Origin: Welwitschia mirabilis
Taxonomy: Eukaryota
Reading direction: 5' to 3'
Length of the DNA: 20,000 bases
Assembly: GCA_051453625.1 (NCBI GenBank)
Contig: JBOZIK010000001.1
Coordinates: forward strand, 26,873,206-26,893,205
This document shows positions 12,543 through 20,000 of this stretch, piece after piece; position 1 is the first letter of the stretch, and the number at the start of each line of letters is the position of its first letter. The position numbers and the translations under genes were made by a program. The notes below the pieces were generated by a model. The model made no database searches, was not told where the DNA came from, and saw only the letters and a program-made list of their open reading frames with translations.

Positions 12543-12642
12543 NNNNNNNNNNNNNNNNNNNNNNNNNNNNNNNNNNNNNNNNNNNNNNNNNNNNNNNNNN
12601 NNNNNNNNNNNNNNNNNNNNNNNNNNNNNNNNNNNNNNNNNN
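12543..12642. other. Assembly gap (100 N, probably unsized)
   Basis: Run of exactly 100 N inside L1 ORF2. Confidence 0.99.
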
Positions 12643-14875
12643 TAAGGGTATTGTGTCAATTTCGAAGAGGAATACCTAGGTAGATATCCTAGAGGTCTCC
12701 TAATTTTGCACTTAGGATTTGGTCAATTTCATCCCCTCTAATATTTTTTTACCAAAAGTGTAAATTCTTGATTTATTACAGTTGGTGTAAAGACCTATTA
12801 CTACTGCAAAGATATTCATAGAATTTTTAATTTCTTTTACTTGCTGATATGAAGCCCTAATTATAATAATGTTATCATTTGCATAATAATTATTGATAAA
12901 GGTTTAAGCTTCAATTCTAATTTCTGTAACTTCATTCCTTCTTAAGAAAACCTGTCATACATTCATCACAAATAGAAAAAGGTATGAGGATAGTAGGTAC
13001 CCTTGTCTTAATCCTCTACCTATTAAAAGGAAATTTTATCTATGATTGTTAACTTTTACACTAAATTTAGCTAAAGCCTACATGTTTAGCCAGAGATTAA
13101 TAATATCTTGAGAAAAATCTATTTTCCTAAAGACGTATCTTAATGCTTACCAACTAATCAAATCATAAGCTTTATTAATATCCAATTTAGCAATAAGGAG
13201 AGAAAATTTGTATTTTTTAACAAAGTAAATAATATCATGACTCAAGAGAATTTGGTCTTGGACATAATTAGATTGGATGAAGCTAGATTGATTCTATAAA
13301 ATCACATTGGGAAGCAGGGAGGTGATACAGCTAACCCTAATTTTTGAAAAAATTCTGTAAATAACATTACAAACACCTATAGGCTTAAAATCCTCTAGTT
13401 TGATAGCATCACTTTTTTTTATTTTTTTTTGATATAAGAACCATCCTAGTTCTGTTCATTTCCCTAAGAATCTGCATGTTGTAAAAAACATCTTACATTA
13501 CATTATGAAGGTTATTCTTTAAAATGAAGAAGTGGGATTTAAAAAGTTCAACTAGCCATCCAATAGGGCCAAGGGATTAATTATTATTCATGGATCTGAC
13601 AGCAGATAAGACTGCCTTTCTACTTAGAGATTTAGCCAAAATAGAGTTATCTTCACTCAAGATTTTCTTATTTTATGGATTAAGATCAGGGGTAATATCC
13701 TATTCTTAGATTTTCTTAAGATGGGTCTACAATTCCTTAGCTATATCCTCTTCATTTTTTGTGATTTGACCTTTGATGAATAGTCTTCTGATCCTGTTAT
13801 CTGATATGTGCTGGTTAACATCATGGAAGAAAAATTTGGTATGTTTATCACTCTCTTTTAGTTATTTAATCCTTGAGCATTCTCTCTAGTAGTTTTTTTC
13901 ACAGCTTTTATTTCTTGGAGATCCATTAGGCATTGATATTCTTTATTTCATAGGCTATCCTGATCACATCCCTCCTCCTGCTCAGTTTGGATTTTTTAGA
14001 TTTCCTTCCTTAAACTCAGTTTTTGATTCAAACCTCTTTTTATTTTTCTTTCTCCAATCTCTTATGTGGGCCTTTAGGGTATTAAGGCCCCAGTACAGAA
14101 ATGTTATGGATTGAGTCCCATCATATTGGGCCCATATTTTTTTTGTCAGCATTCTAGTTTCTGTCTAATTAATCCAATATCTAAAAAATGGATTTTTCTA
14201 GGGTGAAATCGCCCCCACTCTAAGTTTGATAGGACGGTGGTCTAAAGTAGTTCTGTTTAGACCACAAGCTTTAAATGGAAGTTTAGCTAGATCCTTCCTA
14301 GCTAGAAATCTATTGAACTTTGACATAATCAAATCTTTACTCACTCTTCTATTTGACCAAGTATACTCACATCCAAAAATTGGAATATCTGTGAAGGAGT
14401 TTCTTATCAAAAAATCTTTTAGTATTGAGGTACCTCTGGAATTCTAGTTATCGCCCCTAGATTTTTCCTAGCGATGAAGAAATTGCTTGAAATCACTTAA
14501 GATGAGCTAATTGGATTTATCTATTACTATACTCTGAACTTCTTCCAAGATAGAAGCCTTGTCCTGATTTTTTTAGGGACTATAAAGATTCATTACAGTC
14601 TAGCCCTCCTTTTTTAAAAGGATTGTGATGTGGTTCTTACTACTGTGAATTAGATCTATCTCTCTTTTGGTAGAGATCATGAGGTCATCATAATTGCTTT
14701 GGGATACAATATAAAGGAACTCTATTACGACCCCAAGCTCACTTTTCCCATATCATTTTTTATCTTCATTTCTTATAAGCAAACTAAATTGATGTTAAAT
14801 TGATTGATAATGTTTCTTAGGGTATTTTTCTTATAAGAGGACCCTAATACCCTGCAATTCCATATCAGATAATTA

Positions 14876-15979
14876 ATTGGAGGTATTTTCACCCCTTTCT
14901 GGGCCTTGACCTTTCCTTAGATTGTCTTTAATGATGGCTTGGGAACTATTTACAACATTCTCTATCATTTCTCGTTCTTATAAAGTTCAATTGCTGGGCC
15001 TTTTCTTCATTTTGGTTTTCACTTTATTAGGTTTATCATTATTTAGAGGTTGTTGGGTGTCTTCTTCTTCCACAAGAGGTTGAAAGAGGTTATGCTTTGG
15101 TTCTTGTGCTTTCTTTTTCTTGGTATTCTTAGTTTTCTTGGGGAAAATAATAGTACTTTTTTTTTGTTTGTTCCTTCCTTTACTTATGTCGGTATATGTT
15201 CTGATTGTGACTAATTTTCCTACAAAAGGTACAGGTTTCCTTTGGCTTTTCTTTAATGTCAATTAATCTTTTTCTACATTCTTCTCTTAAATGACCAAAT
15301 TTTTCACAATGTGAATATTTATTTTTAGGGGGAGTATATCTCCTAGAGAGATGTCCTACTTTTCCACATATGGTGTAAGGGACTAAAAGATTCTTGTAAG
15401 TGACATCAAGCTCACAAATGCCCCATTTAGATCTAAATTTTATAGATTAAATCTCCTTGGTATCCTCTAGACTCATCCAAACACAAAATTTGGTCAACAC
15501 TGGTCTTGTCTATTTAATAATGATCTTGTTAAGTTTGATTAATTCATCAAACTGAGCTGTCATTTTTCTTAACAAACCTTAATTCCAAAACTCTAATGGG
15601 AACTTGTGGATGTAGATTCAAATTGATAGCCTCTTAAATAGATTCGAGTCTGATTGTGCCCCTGACGTTTATTTGGCTAGGGCAAGATCTCGAACCCTAA
15701 AAACCAAGGTCCTCTTGCGATTATTTCATCCCGACCTCATTCGTTGTTTAGCTAGAATAACACTAGTCCTTCTAGCATAGCAATAACATCAACTTTGCTA
15801 ACTCCTATCCATCTAGTAACAACTCATTCACGGATATGATCCAACCTTGATCGAGGGACAGAAGAGACAAACTTTCTGATTAGACTGTATCTAATTTTCT
15901 TCTCGATCTCATAATATGCATCTTTGTTGATGTCCAAAACTAGGGATTTTCCTTCCTTAGAGAACTGAGTCTTCTCCAT
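14876..15979 (-). pseudogene. L1 ORF1 (DUF4283 plus zinc knuckle), disrupted
   Basis: Manual translation from ATG 15979 gives MEKTQFSKEG...YSLIRKF...TRWIG...RDEIIARGPWF (~15702) and I*IYIHKFPLEFWN (~15585-15625). A decayed CCHC knuckle reads YTICGKVGHLSRRY (~15340-15385), followed by a Lys-rich tail (14987-15262 ORF). There are several in-frame stops. Confidence 0.88.
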
Positions 15980-16224
15980 GTTGGGGATATACCCCTTCAA
16001 AAAAAACCCTAAAAGCAGATCAGAATTGCAAAATAAAAAAGATTCTGCAACTTACCCATAGAATGATTGTCTGGCGACCGAAATTGCCCCTGTGGTCTGT
16101 GACCAGGAACTAAAACTGCCCCATCTGATTTAGGCCTTCTAAGACTCACTTCCTTTTGTGCTCTAGATCTGCCAAAGCCTAGCAGAGCTTCAAAACCCTA
16201 GTAGCGTTCTAATTAGCATTGACC

Positions 16225-16239
16225 AATTATCAAGTTCTT
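16225..16239 (+). repeat. L1 target-site duplication, right copy
   Basis: aattatcaagttctt, identical to 8973-8987. Confidence 0.95.
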
Positions 16240-17088
16240 TTAAACCATGTGAGTTATTTGAAGTTACTTTTGTGATTTATAGTTTTTGTTGTTTAATAGA
16301 TTTTATAGGCTTTGATTCATACTTTCTATGCTTATAAAAGGCTATAAAGTATTAGGAGGGCTGGATAACTTACCAATACTTATATGCTAAATGAAATTAT
16401 ATTTCCATGTCAAGCCTTAATGACTTAATGATTTAGTTCATGTTTTAGAATACAAGAATTATTTGAGCAAAGGAGGAGAGTTAGATGAATCATTAGATCC
16501 TCAGAGCATTTTCATTTCCTTATGTCACCTAATAAATATCATTTCCTTTCTTAACTTTTGATTTTATTTTATTTGAGTTTGTATTGTAAGTTAAAATAAT
16601 TATGTAACTTTTGATTAATTTCCCTCCTATATCCCTATAGAAGAATGATTCTGAGTATAGAATTAGATAAACCTGATCATTGAAAAGCTATGATCAAATT
16701 AATTTACCTTCTAGTGATTATGAATTTCAAAACCCATATATTTGTCATCAGTAATTTGATCCCATACCTTCCTTCATCCCTTATGATTCTTATCCTTTAA
16801 CTTCATATTTGTCATGCTTTAATTCATACCCTTCATCTCACTTTGCATATCCTTTATCATTTAACCAATATCCTTTATTTTATAACATTTAAAACCCCTC
16901 TTCAAATTTATTAAAAGATATCCTTATAAAATGCATAGAAGTCCAAGTGCAAATAAAACAAAGACTTGGGCAAGACATCTAATAGTTAACCCAAGTTACT
17001 GTTTAAATCTTTAAAACACTAGAAGAAGAAAACCTTATTACATTCAATGAACCTACAAGCTTAGAAACCTTAAAGGGATTAATAAAAT

Positions 17089-18700
17089 TAGAATGATAGT
17101 GGTAAATAATTTTATTGTAAAGCTTTTTGGCATACTTCTTAAATAAATGGTTGGTAATTTGGCAGAAGAAAATAATATCAAAAGAATTTGTCAAGAGGGT
17201 TTTCACTAACATCATTTTACTATTGATCATTTTCTTATGCTGAGGCATTGCATTGATTTTGCAAAAAAGCCAAATAAAAAACTTTTTGTTTATTTTATTG
17301 ATTTTTCTTAATCTTATGATTCAGTAAATCATACAAAATTATGGATGTGGCTCAATCATATTGGAATTTCTTCTTATCTTATTGTTACTATTAAAAGATT
17401 ATATGAAGAGGTTATAATTGAAATAAAATACTTTAATCAATAAAGATATTTTTAATGTTGCTTTATTATAGGAGTAAAATAGGGATGCCCTCTCTCTTCA
17501 ACACTCTTTGGTCTCTTCCTTGATAAGTTATAAGATTGGCTCTATAAAGAACATAATTACTATGCTGTTAAGATAGAATCATTGGCAGTCCAATTACTCC
17601 TTTGTACAAATAATGCAACTTTTATTTCTACTTCAGAAATAGGTATGAAAAACATGCTTCAAAAATTGGAAATTTTTTGCTAATTCTTTAGTTGACAGTA
17701 AATACACAAAAAAAAATAAAAATTAAATTGATGATTTAGGATACCAAAAACACCCAATTTGATTTTAAGTTCAATAGGGAGAAAATTGAAATAGTAGAAG
17801 CTTTTCGATACTTGGGTCTTTATTACTCTAGTAACTATAGGTGAGACAAATGCATTAAAGAGGGGATAGTAGGTGAAATTAAAGCTTTCTATGCTATGAA
17901 AATAAATGTAGTTTACTAGGATTTGGGATTGACAAATTCACAAACAAGTTTTTCAATCCATCATGTATCCACTATTTTGTATGGATGCCCAGTTTGGAGT
18001 CAACTATAAGCGAAAGAAATTGGAAAGATATTAAGAGAGTGTAGAAATTGTTCTTATTAAATGAACTTAAGCTAAAGAGTCAAACACTATATCCTATGAT
18101 GCTCTTAGAATGTGATCTTTTACTCATTGAAGCTAAATCCATGTGTCGGTTTTTCACTTACACTTTAAAGCTAATGGAAGTAAAAAAACTAAAATTTTTA
18201 AGAGCAATTCTTAAGCTACAAAAGACAAAGGATGGTATTTTTAGGGAATGCAGTGGCTAAAAAAGTAGGATATTTCTTGGGTAAATGTCCAAACTAGTTC
18301 CACTAAGATTTGTGGTTTCATCAAGTAGCATGTCCTAATAAAATTATGGACAAATGTGCAAGGCAAAAGAAAGTTTCATTTTGAGTATATTTACCATAAT
18401 TAGTTTGAAATTGCATGCTCAAAGAAGAGCAACCATACAGATTGTGTAATTTAGGAGCCCTTGAAGACGAAGAACATGTTTTACCTTTTTGTGCTCTTAT
18501 AGAACCTATAAGAAAACAATTCAATATCACTGCAAGAAATCTCTTTGATGTTTTCATCTTGCATTCAATGGTTGTTGGCCGCTTTATTGAAGATATCTTT
18601 GTATTCTACGACATGATCATTTCTTTGTATTCCATGACATGATCATTTCCTCTGATCTTTTGGATCTTCAAACATAATAAAAATTTAGTTTCAGTTTTAG
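17089..18700 (+). mobile_element. 5'-truncated, decayed non-LTR retrotransposon with RTE/RTEX-like RT and C-terminal CCHC finger
   Basis: Motifs in order: RMIVVNNFIVKLFGILL (17090), CQEGFH*HHFTIDHFLMLR (~17190-17245), YFIDFS*SYDSVNHTKLW (~17290-17345), IGVK*GCPLSSTLFGLFLD (17468), LLLCTNN (=LLLYADD, 17594), FRYLG (~17803), LYGCPVW (~17977), YRLCNLGALEDEEHVLPFC (~18435-18492). The 3' end has AATAAA (18676-18681) and a short repeat tail tttag-tttcag-ttttag (18684-18700). Confidence 0.88.
18596..18647 (+). repeat. 26-bp tandem duplication
   Basis: tctttgtattctacgacatgatcatt / tctttgtattccatgacatgatcatt (2 mismatches). Confidence 0.9.
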
Positions 18701-20000
18701 TATTTCCATGGGAATCCAATGTGTGGTTTGTAAGTTTGGCAGGATTGGGATTATCGAAAATGAAGTTGATTGAATAGTAGTTCAGTCCCAACAAGTCAAA
18801 GGAGGCTTTTCAGTCTTCGGNNNNNNNNNNNNNNNNNNNNNNNNNNNNNNNNNNNNNNNNNNNNNNNNNNNNNNNNNNNNNNNNNNNNNNNNNNNNNNNN
18901 NNNNNNNNNNNNNNNNNNNNNNNNNNNNNNNNNNNNNNNNNNNNNNNNNNNNNNNNNNNNNNNNNNNNNNNNNNNNNNNNNNNNNNNNNNNNNNNNNNNN
19001 NNNNNNNNNNNNNNNNNNNNNNNNNNNNNNNNNNNNNNNNNNNNNNNNNNNNNNNNNNNNNNNNNNNNNNNNNNNNNNNNNNNNNNNNNNNNNNNNNNNN
19101 NNNNNNNNNNNNNNNNNNNNNNNNNNNNNNNNNNNNNNNNNNNNNNNNNNNNNNNNNNNNNNNNNNNNNNNNNNNNNNNNNNNNNNNNNNNNNNNNNNNN
19201 NNNNNNNNNNNNNNNNNNNNNNNNNNNNNNNNNNNNNNNNNNNNNNNNNNNNNNNNNNNNNNNNNNNNNNNNNNNNNNNNNNNNNNNNNNNNNNNNNNNN
19301 NNNNNNNNNNNNNNNNNNNNNNNNNNNNNNNNNNNNNNNNNNNNNNNNNNNNNNNNNNNNNNNNNNNNNNNNNNNNNNNNNNNNNNNNNNNNNNNNNNNN
19401 NNNNNNNNNNNNNNNNNNNNNNNNNNNNNNNNNNNNNNNNNNNNNNNNNNNNNNNNNNNNNNNNNNNNNNNNNNNNNNNNNNNNNNNNNNNNNNNNNNNN
19501 NNNNNNNNNNNNNNNNNNNNNNNNNNNNNNNNNNNNNNNNNNNNNNNNNNNNNNNNNNNNNNNNNNNNNNNNNNNNNNNNNNNNNNNNNNNNNNNNNNNN
19601 NNNNNNNNNNNNNNNNNNNNNNNNNNNNNNNNNNNNNNNNNNNNNNNNNNNNNNNNNNNNNNNNNNNNNNNNNNNNNNNNNNNNNNNNNNNNNNNNNNNN
19701 NNNNNNNNNNNNNNNNNNNNNNNNNNNNNNNNCATGAAGTTGGAATAGCAGCCTTTGGTGAGAGGATCCATGAACCATCCAATGGCGAAATGGAGGCTCT
19801 CTGCATCACAGAACGGTCCTTGACCGAGAAGGGTATGAACCAGTTTGCAACGTTTACGATGCCGATTTTGCCGTTCTGAATTTTCTGGTATTTGTTTCGG
19901 TAGAGCTTTCCCGCTACACTGTGCACAAGAAGCAAGTTGTGGACAATAATGTATGATTCTATGGTTGAGTTTCCTGCTGTGCACTTTCCGAATGGCAAGG
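18701..20000 (-). pseudogene. Glycoside hydrolase family 1 (beta-glucosidase, BGLU-type) fragment, frameshifted and 3'-truncated; continues beyond the window
   Basis: 20000-19733 reads PFGKCTAGNSTIESYIIVHNLLLVHSVAGKLYRNKYQKIQNGKIGIVNVANWFIPFSVKDRSVMQRA/(frameshift ~19795)LHFAIGWFMDPLTKGCYSNFM. After the gap, 18820-18701 reads RRLK/(frameshift)ASFDLLGLNYYSINFIFDNPNPAKLTNHTLDSHGNT. These match the plant GH1 motifs GNS.TEPY..HNLLLAH, GWFMDPL..G.YP and KGSFDF.GLNYY. The ITENG nucleophile region is absent. Confidence 0.9.
18821..19732. other. Assembly gap (912 N)
   Basis: Run of N inside the GH1 fragment. Confidence 0.99.

Larger units (their letters stand above)
9295..14875 (-). pseudogene. L1 ORF2 (APE endonuclease, reverse transcriptase, Cys-rich C-terminus), disrupted and interrupted
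   Basis: Endonuclease: LIWNCR (~14860), LILSDFK (=GDFN, ~14495), YTWSNRR..SKFNRFL..LDHRPI (14198-14410). RT: KSLGPIG (=KSPGPDG, ~13570), DFKPIGVCNVIYRI (~13375), KLDINKAYDLISW (~13170), GRGLRQGYLLSSYLF (~13000), YYANDNI (=YADD, ~12880). C-terminus: YLLIMC (~9755). The stop at 9295 is approximate. Confidence 0.92.
8988..16224 (-). mobile_element. Near full-length, decayed L1-clade LINE
   Basis: 15-bp TSD AATTATCAAGTTCTT at 8973-8987 and 16225-16239. The 3' tail reads A8-GAAGAAG on the minus strand (8988-9002). ORF1 and ORF2 motifs occur in the correct order, and the 5' UTR is ~245 bp. Confidence 0.96.
7978..16679 (+). mobile_element. Athila-like LTR copy 3, split by the L1 insertion (7978-8987 plus 16240-16679)
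   Basis: Starts 'tgtttgtatgccaaaatt', 4150 bp after LTR2. Removing 8988-16239 restores 'ttaattatcaagttcttttaaaccatgtgag', which matches LTR2 at 4821-4850. Confidence 0.7.
1..17097 (+). repeat. Tandem array of a ~4.14 kb unit (2 full copies plus an interrupted, truncated third copy)
   Basis: The anchor 'cttATGAGCt(t/c)a(g/t)tca(g/t)acataaatc' recurs with ATGAGC at 11, 4141 and 8293 (periods 4130 and 4152). The copies are colinear throughout, roughly 80% identical by eye in a sampled 100 bp, and differ mostly by transitions. Copy 3 breaks at 8987, resumes at 16240 and ends at ~17097. Confidence 0.97.

Noticed and set aside
16009..16055. GTAAGT...TTTTAG intron-like segment in the L1 5' UTR (minus strand)
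   Set aside because: It is only 47 nt, shorter than normal plant introns, and there is no transcript evidence.
16004..16201. AAACCCTA telo-box / telomere-like motifs (~16004 and ~16193)
   Set aside because: These are isolated single copies, common in plant 5' UTRs, and not a telomeric array.
11121..17248. Short ORFs 11121-11345, 12414-12659, 14226-14447 and 17003-17248 as independent genes
   Set aside because: They are off-frame, antisense or gap-spanning readings of decayed LINE or array sequence.
18770..19998. Four long ORFs (322-400 aa) in the ORF track
   Set aside because: They are artefacts of reading through 912 N. Only the minus-strand GH1 pieces at the gap edges are real.

Overview
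AT-rich, CpG-depleted plant nuclear DNA made almost entirely of nested, decayed retroelements, with no intact gene. (1) Bases 1-17097 form a head-to-tail array of a ~4.13-4.15 kb unit (two full copies plus an interrupted, truncated third). The unit looks like a non-autonomous Athila-type Ty3/Gypsy derivative, arranged LTR-internal-LTR-internal-LTR-internal with shared LTRs. (2) The third LTR holds a near full-length minus-strand L1-clade LINE (8988-16224) with a perfect 15-bp target-site duplication. The LINE itself carries an AT-rich insert containing a probable tRNA-derived SINE with a 14-bp TSD. (3) A 5'-truncated plus-strand non-LTR element with RTEX-like rather than typical angiosperm-RTE motifs lies at ~17089-18700. 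(4) A frameshifted, apparently intronless GH1 beta-glucosidase fragment lies on the minus strand (18701-20000), split by a 912-N gap. All calls come from by-eye alignment and recalled motifs; no searches were run. I found no convincing new enzymatic system. The most unusual items are the shared-LTR tandem array, the RTEX-like LINE, the SINE and the candidate retrocopy.
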